Source of the DNA: a virus
Taxonomy: Duplodnaviria; Caudoviricetes
Direction: 5' to 3' (one strand)
IMG/VR virus record: IMGVR_UViG_3300030116_002629
Coordinates: 1-61,426 of that record
DNA: 61,426 bases
A program made the position numbers and the translations under genes. Under the pieces are notes generated by a model. That model was not told where the DNA came from, ran no database searches, and worked only from the letters and a program-made list of their open reading frames with translations. Positions 46,156-55,852 of this stretch are shown here, one piece after another (the stretch's first letter is position 1; each line of letters begins with the position of its first letter).

Positions 46156-47942
46156 AAAATTTAGATATTAAGAATTATCAAGAAATAGTAGATAATGCTA
46201 CTCAACTTGTTAGTGGAAGGCCTACTAAACATAGGCAAGTACAAAAAGCTAGAATAAAAGCAATTTTAAATGGTGGAGCTGAAGGAATGAAAGCTCTACT
46301 AGGAAACTCGATGGAGACATCAGATGCAGATTTATTACCTGCACCTAACATGCTTCAATCTGGTATAGATAGACTTGCTCAAAAAATAGCTGGAGTTCCA
46401 GATGTAAGAGTAGATATATTAAATCACAATACTTCTGATAGAGCTAAAAGAAGAGCTGAGAAACTAGAAAGAATTGTTACATCATATGATGAAAGTCAGA
46501 ATTTAAATTTACAGTTAGCTCAGGCAGCTAGATGGTTGCCGGGTTACGGATATGCTGCTTGGATAATAACAACAAGAACAGATAAAAACGGTTATCTATA
46601 CCCAACAGCAGAACTTCGTGACCCTTATGATACATTCCCTGGGAACTTTGGTCCTAACCAAGAACCTAGAGAATTAGCTGTATTAAGACGAATACCTAGA
46701 TATAAGCTTGCTCAACTCTATCCTGAGTTTGCTAAAGAAATCTTAAACCCTGCCGAAGAAGAAAGCACTGATACTGCTATCGGAAGAGGTGGGGTAGGTA
46801 CTCAATATCAAAGTGATAAAGATAATAATTGGGAAGATAATACGGGGCAAGGTGTTCGGATTATTGAATACTACGATGTAGGTGGAACTTATGTTGTATT
46901 CCCTGAAAAGAAAATGATTCTTGACTTTGTTCCGAATTATCTCTCAAGTCCTCCTTTTGTGTTTATGAAGAGAACTTCTTTTGATGAATTAAAAGGACAA
47001 TATGACCACATTATTGGTTTGATGGGTATGATGGCCAAAATTAATATCATGTCAGCAATAGCTATGGAAGACTCTGTATTTACAGAAACAAACATATCTG
47101 GTGAATTAGAGTCAGGCCAATATCGTAAAGGTAGATTTGCTGTTAACTATTTGGCACCTGGTACTCAAGTTTCTAAACCACAAAATAATATACCTTATCA
47201 ATTATTTCAACAAGTAGATAGGTTAGAAAGACAACTCAGATTAGTTGGTGGATATCCAGTTACTGACGATGCACAATCACCTAACTCATTTGTTACTGGT
47301 GCAGGACTACAGGAACTTAACGGAACTATGTCATTAATGATTAATGAATATAGAGAAATTATTAAACATGGCCTTGAAGCTATGGATGAAAAAAGATTAG
47401 AACTTGATAGTTTGTTATCTGCACAATTTGAAGAATTAAGAAAGAAACCAATACAAGGTTTTTATGCTGGAACTGCATTCTCAGAAAACTATTCTCCTAT
47501 AGCAGATATTGGAGGAGATTATAGAACTAGAAGAGTTTATGGAGTTATGGCCGGATTTGATGAGCCACAAAAAATTGTTACTGGTTTGCAATTGTTACAA
47601 GCAGGTGTTATAGACATAGAAACATTGCAAGACAATATTGATGGCCTTGATAACATTGCTAAAGTGCAAGAGCGTATTAGAAAAAATAAAGCAGAAAATG
47701 TTTTATTTGAATCTGTACTTGCTAGAAGTGCTCAAGGAGACCCAGCAGCTACAATGGCAGTAATTGCTATTTATGAATATCCTGCTGAAATGACAGATAT
47801 ATTAAAACTGTTTTATACTCCACAAGAGCCACAAATGACTCCTGAAGAAGAAGCATACATCCAACAACAAATGGGTATGCAACAGCAAATGATGGGGCCT
47901 CAACAGCCTCCAACAGTAGCTGGAGCTTTAGGTGGTGTGTAA
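46146..47942 (+). CDS. Portal protein
   Basis: 598 aa directly after terL; helical; Q/M/P-rich tail typical of podovirus portals. Confidence 0.8.
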   Translation: MGIENLDIKNYQEIVDNATQLVSGRPTKHRQVQKARIKAILNGGAEGMKALLGNSMETSDADLLPAPNMLQSGIDRLAQKIAGVPDVRVDILNHNTSDRAKRRAEKLERIVTSYDESQNLNLQLAQAARWLPGYGYAAWIITTRTDKNGYLYPTAELRDPYDTFPGNFGPNQEPRELAVLRRIPRYKLAQLYPEFAKEILNPAEEESTDTAIGRGGVGTQYQSDKDNNWEDNTGQGVRIIEYYDVGGTYVVFPEKKMILDFVPNYLSSPPFVFMKRTSFDELKGQYDHIIGLMGMMAKINIMSAIAMEDSVFTETNISGELESGQYRKGRFAVNYLAPGTQVSKPQNNIPYQLFQQVDRLERQLRLVGGYPVTDDAQSPNSFVTGAGLQELNGTMSLMINEYREIIKHGLEAMDEKRLELDSLLSAQFEELRKKPIQGFYAGTAFSENYSPIADIGGDYRTRRVYGVMAGFDEPQKIVTGLQLLQAGVIDIETLQDNIDGLDNIAKVQERIRKNKAENVLFESVLARSAQGDPAATMAVIAIYEYPAEMTDILKLFYTPQEPQMTPEEEAYIQQQMGMQQQMMGPQQPPTVAGALGGV

Positions 47943-48100
47943 TGGAGAATTTAGATAATTTGTTTTGGGACATTATTGATAATGAATTTGGTGAAAATCC
48001 ATATGACCCAATGATGCCTCCTATGCAAATAATAAGACCATTACCTAATATAATAATAATGATACAAGGAGAGGAAGGTTATTATGGTACGGAAGAGTAA
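47942..48100 (+). CDS. Small Pro-rich hypothetical protein, 52 aa (allele B)
   Basis: MENLDNLFWDIIDNEFGENPYDPMMPP...; homologue of 243-410. Confidence 0.75.
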   Translation: MENLDNLFWDIIDNEFGENPYDPMMPPMQIIRPLPNIIIMIQGEEGYYGTEE

Positions 48101-48494
48101 TAAAGGTGGGTATAGAAAACCTACTCCTAATAGAAAAAACGCAGTCAGTGGACCAGGAGCTTTAAGTCAAAGAACTGACGGAACTCAGCCAATTATGCGT
48201 GGACAAGATATGGGTTACGGTGAAAGTACAGAATATCAAAATTTACAAAGGAGTGCTCCTATGGGAGATTCTGGTGGAGCTAATATGGGGTTACCTCAAC
48301 AAGCTGCTCCGGGGCCAGATGTTTTTGCACCTACAGAAATACCAGGAGAACCAATAACAGCAGGAGTACCTGTCGGAGAAGGAATGGGGCCACAACGACA
48401 AATAGCTGAAGATGTAGATATATTATTATCTGCAATGTATTCAGTTAACCCTCATCCTGTAATAGCCGATTTAATAAATAACAGAAGTCAATAA
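48084..48494 (+). CDS. Gly/Pro/Gln-rich hypothetical protein (allele B)
   Basis: Homologue of 394-804. Confidence 0.75.
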   Translation: MVRKSNKGGYRKPTPNRKNAVSGPGALSQRTDGTQPIMRGQDMGYGESTEYQNLQRSAPMGDSGGANMGLPQQAAPGPDVFAPTEIPGEPITAGVPVGEGMGPQRQIAEDVDILLSAMYSVNPHPVIADLINNRSQ

Positions 48495-51400
48495 ATGTGG
48501 ATTGACCCAATACAAGAAGCTGAATTTCATAAAGTTGTTGCTATTGACAAACAGAGATTCTTAACAGCACAAGAATATGTTAAAGCAAACCCTATAGTAG
48601 CAGATTTAACAATTGCTCACACAAAAGCAAATCCTATTTTATCAAAAAGTATTGTTACAACATTAGCTATGATGAATGTTCCAGTTGAAGACCCTTCAGT
48701 TCAAATGTTAGCAGATGAAGCTCAAGCAAACTGGGTTATGCAAGAAACTGAAAAGTGGAATGAGATTAATGAAAAATATAGAGATGATAAAATAACAGAT
48801 GATATGCATCTTAGTATTATTGATATTCTTACTGGTGGATATGCACCTGGAGGTAGAACTCCTAAAGAAGTAGGAGGTTGGTCACCAGCTATATGGCTTA
48901 TTGGAACATTAGACGCAATTAGAGAAACTTGGAATAAATGGAATCCATTACCAACTTCTGATGTATTACAATTTGGTGGTGGAGGTGTTCCTTATAGAGC
49001 ACAAGGTCGTATATGGAGATATTATCAAGACCTTAATAGATATGATGAATTATTAGAAAAAGGATATACTCCTAAACAAGCTCAAGCTAATATAGCTTCG
49101 CTAGTAAATATATCTGAAGTACCTAACTTAGGTAAAGATATGGGAGCTGGAGAATTTGCACAGAATTTAGATTTCTTAGAAGAAGCAATTAAATTTGCAG
49201 GAGAAAATTATATTTGGGCAGCAGCTAAAAAAGTATTTAGAGGCGAAGCTGTAAATATGGATAGAAGTAAAAAATTCTTTTTTGAATCTGTACATCATGA
49301 TAAAGACCCTAAATATCATGAATTATTACAAAAGATGAATGGAGATGAAGAAAAAGCTAAACAATTATATTATTTACAAATTGGTACTCCAATTAAAAAA
49401 CTAGATGGAAATGGTGAAATAAATTATTTAAGTATTGAAAATCCAAATAAAATTCAAATCTTTGCTGATAGAAGAACTAACTACAATGATATGAATGTTA
49501 CTGAATATGCTGCAAGAGAATTAATGAAAGATGCTCAGTTAACAGATTATTCTTGGGGAAGATATGAAACTGGACAGTTATTTACACCTGGAACTACATC
49601 ATACAAAGTAATGTCTGGTTTGTTAGATTTTGCATCTGCTTTACCAGCAGAATATGCAACAGGTGGTTTATTAAATTTATATAAAATAAAAGCTGCTTCT
49701 AGAAGTGTTGATGTAGTTAATCAAGCTAAAAAGATTAGAAAAGATACAGGAGATATCAGATGGCTTGATACTAAATTGGAAGCCAAAGAATTAACTGAAT
49801 TAATTAATACAGCTAAAGATAGAACTACTGCAGCAGGAAAACAAGCTTTTGATAAATTAACTAAGAAAGAAAAAGCTTTTATATTAGATGAAGCTGAAGC
49901 AGCAAACTGGGCTATCAATATGGCTAAAGCTGATAAATACAATGGAGTAAATCCAATATTACAAAAAGTAATGAAAGCTGATAAAACCATGAAAAGAAAA
50001 CATGGAATGTTTAATGGAAGATTACAAGGTGTATTTTCTTCAACAGCTGAAAAATTAGTAAATACTGCTGAAGCAAGAATATTAATTAAACATTTTGCAA
50101 ATTCTAGGTCAGCTGATTTAATGTCAGACCCTACATTAAGAAATTGGATTAACAATGATGATTATTGGGAATGGGTAGGAAGACAAACTGATGAAGGAGT
50201 TATTTCAGATTCATTATTGCAAATGATGCGAGATGGTTTTTCTATGCAAAAATTATCACGAAAAGGTGCAGTCGTATCTGATGAATTAATATCAATACCA
50301 GGTTTACCTAAAGGTTTTTCATATTTAACAAACAAAGCAGTGCGTTCAGTAACAGGAAATCAAGATTTTGCAATGAGAAGTCTTGGAGGTGTATTAGGAA
50401 AAAATATTAAAACTCCATATCAAATTACAAGAGGAACTTTAAGATTATTAACACACAGAGCTCAAAGAAAAGATGCTATAAAAACTGCTACAAAAAAAGT
50501 AGAAGGATTAGTAGATGGCCAAGCAGACAGTTGGGATATATTAAAACAAATATACAAAGCTGAAATAAATCCAAACACAGTACCATTTAAAAAATATTTA
50601 GGTTTTAGTGCTAACTTTAGTGATGGTGTATCTCCAAGAATGAAAGCTTTAGTAGCTGAATTACCTGGAAGTTCTATGAACTTAAGTAATCCTAAAGTTG
50701 CAGCTAGGCAATTAGTTAATCATATGAAAGTTAATCAATATACTCCTGATGAATTTGAAACAACTTACAGATTATTTCAAACAGCAATGGAGGGTGGATA
50801 TCAAAAACAAGTTCAATTTACTATGGATTTAATGGAGAATGATTATAACAGAATCAGAAGAACTCTTGAAGAAAAGAAAGCTGCAGGTTTAATAAATGAT
50901 GCACAAGCTAGAGGCCATGAAGTTATTGCTGCTCATATTAAAAAAGTAACAGCTGAATGGAATAAAAAAGAAAGAGCTTACTGGAAAAGTAATGGAGTAG
51001 ATACTAATGGTGTATCAAACAATATACATGCACCAGGTGGAAACACTCCTGAGCAAACATTTAAAATGCTTATTGATGGAGAAGAAATAGAAATTGTTGT
51101 ACCTCACGCACATGTGTTAGCAGAAATGAGTGAAAACTTTATGCCGTTTATCAATCAAGATATGGTAGATAGAGTTAATAGCAAATTGTTTTATCATGTA
51201 GATGTAGATGATGTACAAGCTTGGGAAGTATCAGGTGCTGCTAAACAAAATCTTAAAAACTTCTTTAATAACTGGAAATCTGATGGGTTACAGTTTGCTA
51301 AAAAAGAATACCCAGGTTGGATACCTACAAACAATACAATGGATGATGCAATGACTAAGTTGTTAGATTTCTATACAAGAAAAGTTTTTAAACCAATTGT

Positions 51401-54302
51401 GTTAATGAGGCCTGCATTCTTTACAAGAATATTTATGGAAGAACAGTTCAGAGTATATGCAGCTGGTTTAGATAGTGCTTGGAATAATCCATTCCAATAT
51501 ATGAAATGGGTGTTTTCTCATTCGGATAAACATCAAGCAGAAGCATTTAAAACTTTAAGTACTTGGGATAACATTGTAAGAAGTCCTGAACATAGAGCAT
51601 TAACACATGAACAATGGACTGTTAATCTTTTAGCTGGTGGAGTAAGTAAAAATAAATATTTAGCTAATTATGAACAAGTTTCATTTGGACAATCTACTTA
51701 TAACAAAGGATTAAGAGAGACATTGTTTAAATTAAGAAATGACCCTGTAGCTAGACATTTAGCTAGAGAAGGAGGAGTTACTGAAGATACTATTAAATGG
51801 TTTGTTGAAGGTAAAGGAAATAGATTTAGACAAGAATTAGCTGATAAAAGTGATAACTTTTTAGATGTTGCTACAAAAGATGAATACGCTATAGCTTATC
51901 TACATTCTGTAGAAAATAGAATTAGACAAGCAACTGGCCATAACTTAAAAGCTGGTAGAGATTATTTACCATTTGACCCTAAATCAGTGGACAACCCTAA
52001 TTTTACTAGCGACTTAGTAGTTGCACAATTAAGTCATACTAGTGACGGTATAACAGATACAGGATTTAAAGTATTAAGAGATATTATTGCAAATGGTCAA
52101 ATAAAGCGTGTAAAAGGAAGTGGAGATGACATACCTTTTTTAAGTTTATTAGATGATGATAAATTAAGACCTATTAGTAAATCAGAACAAAAAGAAATAG
52201 ATAGAGCTTTAAATGACATGATTGATTTTTATGGTCCTGAAAAAATGGATGTAGGTAATTTATTTTATGATAATCCTAAAAGAATTGCAGAAGGTAGTGC
52301 ATGGAAAGGTGAAGAGATATACGATAAAGCTGTTAATTATTTATTTGATGCTTTAATGGAAAAACCTTTAAATTATTTAAACAGAAGTTCTACATTTAAA
52401 CAATATCGTTGGGCTTACATAACTAATAACTTTCATAAATATAATGCTGCTTTACAACAAAAATTTATAGATGAAGCTGTAGCAATGGGTGTGCCTAAAA
52501 AAGTTAGAAAACAATTAGAAAATATGCAATCACAAACAGGAGGAAAATATGGTGTAGATGCTTACCAAACTATAAGTGATGCTAGTAAAGCTTTCGGATT
52601 ACAATCTACACAAGACTTGCTATATGACATAACTAAGCGACATTCTATATCTCATAAAACTAGAAACATATTCCCATTCCCTGAAGTATGGTTTGAAATG
52701 CTTACTACATGGCCAAAATTGTTAGCACAAAATCCTAAAGTATTAAGAAGAGTACAATTAGGACTTAAAGGTGGTAGGGGTGCATCAGGCCTAGGATTTA
52801 CAGGAGATGGGTTTTTTGCAGAAGACCCTAATGGTTCCGGAGAAACAATGTTTGTATATCCATTCGGTGGTTATATGGGTAACTTAATATTTGGTGAAGA
52901 TTCAAATATAGAAATGTCACCTAGAGCATATGTAACAGGAGTTAACTTATTAGGCCAAGGTTTTGTACCTGGCCCTACACCATTAGCAGGATTTGCTTTA
53001 GATAAAGTTTTACCTGCAAGTTCTACAGGAGATGAAGTTAGAAGTGTATTCTTTGGAGACTTTGGACCTCCAACAGGTAGAGGTTTTTGGGATGCAATAA
53101 TTCCTACATCACCATCATTTCAAAAGTTTATGGCTGCATCAAATTGGAACCCTGTAGGTAGTCAAAGTGAAGTTGAGTCTATGAGAGCTAGTACTTCTAT
53201 TGAAATATACAAATTATTAAAGATGGAAGGTGGAGAACAAAGATTATTAGCACAAGGAGCACTTGACCCATATTTGTCAAAAATGGAATGGAAAGGTGTA
53301 ACTGCTGATAAATTAGCACCTGAAGATTTAACTCCAGATTTAATTGATTCAGCTTTAATTAGTTATGCTAATGATAAAGCTAAAACTACTTTCTTGTTTA
53401 GAGCTGTAGCTCAGTTTATAGCACCTACTGGATTTACACCTAGATATTATGTTGAAGATGTAAATGGAAAAATGTGGGGTACACAATTGTTAGCTAAAGA
53501 ATATCAAAACATGGTACAAGAACATAACAATGACCACATAGCTGCATATGAAACATTTGTAAGAGAATATGGTTATGAACATGGTTGGTTAACTACTGCT
53601 AAAAGTGCTAGTAAATCAGGTAAAAAAGCATATACAGATAGAGTATTAAGTTGGCAAAGAGATAACAAAGAAGTATTAGAACAATTACCATTATCATCTT
53701 TTTATCTGCTACCTGATTCAGTTTATGAAGAAAGAAGCTATCAAGAAATAATTCAACAATATAACATTGGAGAAAGAGAAACATTATCTACTGAGGAATT
53801 TGCTAAAGCTGCAAATGATACTGTAGGTTACTTTAGATATACAGCTTATAAAAGAAAATTAGAAGTTACTCGTTTACCGGAAAACCAAAAAAATATGATG
53901 TTAAGAATATATAGAACTGCATTAATACAGGAATTACCAGGATTTGAAGCAACTGGTGGTTTAAGACAACCTGCAACATCTAAAGAGATATTAAATGAAA
54001 TGATAAACAAATGGCCTGAGTTATCTGTAGCTTATGAAACAGAAGCAGGTAAAGCTTTTGTAGAAGAGTTCTTACCTAAATGGAAACAAAATCAATTAGC
54101 TTCTACTTATCGTTCTCCTTCACAAAATCCTGACTGGTGGTTAAGTAGTACAAGTCCTACAGCTGTATGGATGAGAGCTGATTTTCAAGCGTGGGCAAAT
54201 GAATTAATAAGAATATCCCCTGATTTTGCACCAATATGGACTAATATAGTTAGCAGGATGTTTAGAAACGACTTAGAATATTATAATGTACAGGATGTGT
54301 AA
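48495..54302 (+). CDS. Very large putative internal virion/ejection protein, 1935 aa (allele B)
   Basis: Homologue of 804-6620. Confidence 0.6.
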   Translation: MWIDPIQEAEFHKVVAIDKQRFLTAQEYVKANPIVADLTIAHTKANPILSKSIVTTLAMMNVPVEDPSVQMLADEAQANWVMQETEKWNEINEKYRDDKITDDMHLSIIDILTGGYAPGGRTPKEVGGWSPAIWLIGTLDAIRETWNKWNPLPTSDVLQFGGGGVPYRAQGRIWRYYQDLNRYDELLEKGYTPKQAQANIASLVNISEVPNLGKDMGAGEFAQNLDFLEEAIKFAGENYIWAAAKKVFRGEAVNMDRSKKFFFESVHHDKDPKYHELLQKMNGDEEKAKQLYYLQIGTPIKKLDGNGEINYLSIENPNKIQIFADRRTNYNDMNVTEYAARELMKDAQLTDYSWGRYETGQLFTPGTTSYKVMSGLLDFASALPAEYATGGLLNLYKIKAASRSVDVVNQAKKIRKDTGDIRWLDTKLEAKELTELINTAKDRTTAAGKQAFDKLTKKEKAFILDEAEAANWAINMAKADKYNGVNPILQKVMKADKTMKRKHGMFNGRLQGVFSSTAEKLVNTAEARILIKHFANSRSADLMSDPTLRNWINNDDYWEWVGRQTDEGVISDSLLQMMRDGFSMQKLSRKGAVVSDELISIPGLPKGFSYLTNKAVRSVTGNQDFAMRSLGGVLGKNIKTPYQITRGTLRLLTHRAQRKDAIKTATKKVEGLVDGQADSWDILKQIYKAEINPNTVPFKKYLGFSANFSDGVSPRMKALVAELPGSSMNLSNPKVAARQLVNHMKVNQYTPDEFETTYRLFQTAMEGGYQKQVQFTMDLMENDYNRIRRTLEEKKAAGLINDAQARGHEVIAAHIKKVTAEWNKKERAYWKSNGVDTNGVSNNIHAPGGNTPEQTFKMLIDGEEIEIVVPHAHVLAEMSENFMPFINQDMVDRVNSKLFYHVDVDDVQAWEVSGAAKQNLKNFFNNWKSDGLQFAKKEYPGWIPTNNTMDDAMTKLLDFYTRKVFKPIVLMRPAFFTRIFMEEQFRVYAAGLDSAWNNPFQYMKWVFSHSDKHQAEAFKTLSTWDNIVRSPEHRALTHEQWTVNLLAGGVSKNKYLANYEQVSFGQSTYNKGLRETLFKLRNDPVARHLAREGGVTEDTIKWFVEGKGNRFRQELADKSDNFLDVATKDEYAIAYLHSVENRIRQATGHNLKAGRDYLPFDPKSVDNPNFTSDLVVAQLSHTSDGITDTGFKVLRDIIANGQIKRVKGSGDDIPFLSLLDDDKLRPISKSEQKEIDRALNDMIDFYGPEKMDVGNLFYDNPKRIAEGSAWKGEEIYDKAVNYLFDALMEKPLNYLNRSSTFKQYRWAYITNNFHKYNAALQQKFIDEAVAMGVPKKVRKQLENMQSQTGGKYGVDAYQTISDASKAFGLQSTQDLLYDITKRHSISHKTRNIFPFPEVWFEMLTTWPKLLAQNPKVLRRVQLGLKGGRGASGLGFTGDGFFAEDPNGSGETMFVYPFGGYMGNLIFGEDSNIEMSPRAYVTGVNLLGQGFVPGPTPLAGFALDKVLPASSTGDEVRSVFFGDFGPPTGRGFWDAIIPTSPSFQKFMAASNWNPVGSQSEVESMRASTSIEIYKLLKMEGGEQRLLAQGALDPYLSKMEWKGVTADKLAPEDLTPDLIDSALISYANDKAKTTFLFRAVAQFIAPTGFTPRYYVEDVNGKMWGTQLLAKEYQNMVQEHNNDHIAAYETFVREYGYEHGWLTTAKSASKSGKKAYTDRVLSWQRDNKEVLEQLPLSSFYLLPDSVYEERSYQEIIQQYNIGERETLSTEEFAKAANDTVGYFRYTAYKRKLEVTRLPENQKNMMLRIYRTALIQELPGFEATGGLRQPATSKEILNEMINKWPELSVAYETEAGKAFVEEFLPKWKQNQLASTYRSPSQNPDWWLSSTSPTAVWMRADFQAWANELIRISPDFAPIWTNIVSRMFRNDLEYYNVQDV

Positions 54303-55852
54303 TGGCTGAAAAGAAAAGTTTAGCACAAAGAATTGGTGAATGGTGGTATAACTACACTCTAGCTCAAGGCGAAGCAGCAATGATACAATCAGAAGCTCAA
54401 TTAGCTACAGGTGAAGCACTTTTAGGAGTTCTTGAACAAATTGAAATAGATGGAGATATTACTGATGAAGAAAGAGAAGTTATAAGTGAACTTCATAAAT
54501 ATGAATCAGGTGCAGTACTCGGTGAAGCTTTAAAAATATTTTTTACAAATTTTAGTAACGATTTTTCAAAAGGTTACAATAGTGCAGAATGGGATAATTT
54601 ATCTCCAGATGAAAAAGATGCAGTTAGAGAAACTCAATCAAAAGAATCATTTATAAATAAACCAACAGTAGCAGAAGAAGTAGTAGATACAGGAGCATCT
54701 GCTTATGAAATTCAATCTCAAATGGGTGCAGCTTTTGATGCAGATGGAACTATACAAGATGCTATTGGAGCACCAGAGGTAACAAATCAAGATATATTAA
54801 AGCGTACTCCTATTGGTGGATTAGGTGGACAACAATTAGAAATGTACCTTAATGCAGTAGCAGAAGGTAATTTAACTCCAGAACAAGCATACTTACAAAC
54901 TACTGGTACTAACTTAGCTGCATTTGTTACTGATGATGATGGAAAAATTCAATTTGAAGAAGTAACTAAACAAGATGGAACTAAAGTATTTGTACCTGTT
55001 CCAGTAACAGTACAACCTGAATCTTTATTTATGGGTGGTTTTATAAATCATATTAGAAGACAAAATCCAGCAGCTATTGAAGAATTAAAACAATTCTTAG
55101 TATTAAACGGTATAGCTGAAGCAGATGATTTTGATGATAGTGGTGAAATGGACCCAGCATTAGAAGGAATTATTCAAACATTAATGGCTGATGCTAATTA
55201 CAAATATGCACATGTAACTTATGGTAGTCACGAATGGAATGAGTTAGTTAATTCAGTACCTAGAAACTTTGGTTGGGTTCTTGATAGTGATATGGATAGA
55301 GAGAAAGCATCGTGGGCCTTACTTGGTAGAGCTATTATAGATTTCAAAGATGACAGGGCTTTTATTGAAAAAGCGGATATAAAAGCAAAAGAAAAAGAAT
55401 ATGAAGCAAATATAGATATTCCAGGTGTTGGTGAAATGTCATATAGAATAGATAACTTCTTTTCAGATGCATTAGGAAGACCTCCAACTGCAGAAGAAAG
55501 AAATAGATTTCTTAATGAATGGAATACAGGATATGATACTTATGTTCAAAAGAATATCGCTGCATATAAAGCAGCTACTTACGGTGCTGATATGGAGAGA
55601 TATTTAATTGAAAATGGTGAGTCAATTACTGCTGAAGAAGAACAAGCTTTAAAAGATGACATACAAGCTGGTGGTGATGTATTAGCTGGTATTGTTGGTG
55701 AAAGAGAAGTTGAAACAGATTTCGTTACTGATGAAGATATATTTTATGATACATATTGGAATATGACTCAATATACTGATAAAGTAAAAGCTGGTAAAGA
55801 TAAAAGAGAACATCAAGCAAATCTTATGAAATTAATAACAGGTAAAATATAA
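54302..55852 (+). CDS. Putative internal virion protein, 516 aa (allele B)
   Basis: Distant homologue of 6620-8236. Confidence 0.55.
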   Translation: MAEKKSLAQRIGEWWYNYTLAQGEAAMIQSEAQLATGEALLGVLEQIEIDGDITDEEREVISELHKYESGAVLGEALKIFFTNFSNDFSKGYNSAEWDNLSPDEKDAVRETQSKESFINKPTVAEEVVDTGASAYEIQSQMGAAFDADGTIQDAIGAPEVTNQDILKRTPIGGLGGQQLEMYLNAVAEGNLTPEQAYLQTTGTNLAAFVTDDDGKIQFEEVTKQDGTKVFVPVPVTVQPESLFMGGFINHIRRQNPAAIEELKQFLVLNGIAEADDFDDSGEMDPALEGIIQTLMADANYKYAHVTYGSHEWNELVNSVPRNFGWVLDSDMDREKASWALLGRAIIDFKDDRAFIEKADIKAKEKEYEANIDIPGVGEMSYRIDNFFSDALGRPPTAEERNRFLNEWNTGYDTYVQKNIAAYKAATYGADMERYLIENGESITAEEEQALKDDIQAGGDVLAGIVGEREVETDFVTDEDIFYDTYWNMTQYTDKVKAGKDKREHQANLMKLITGKI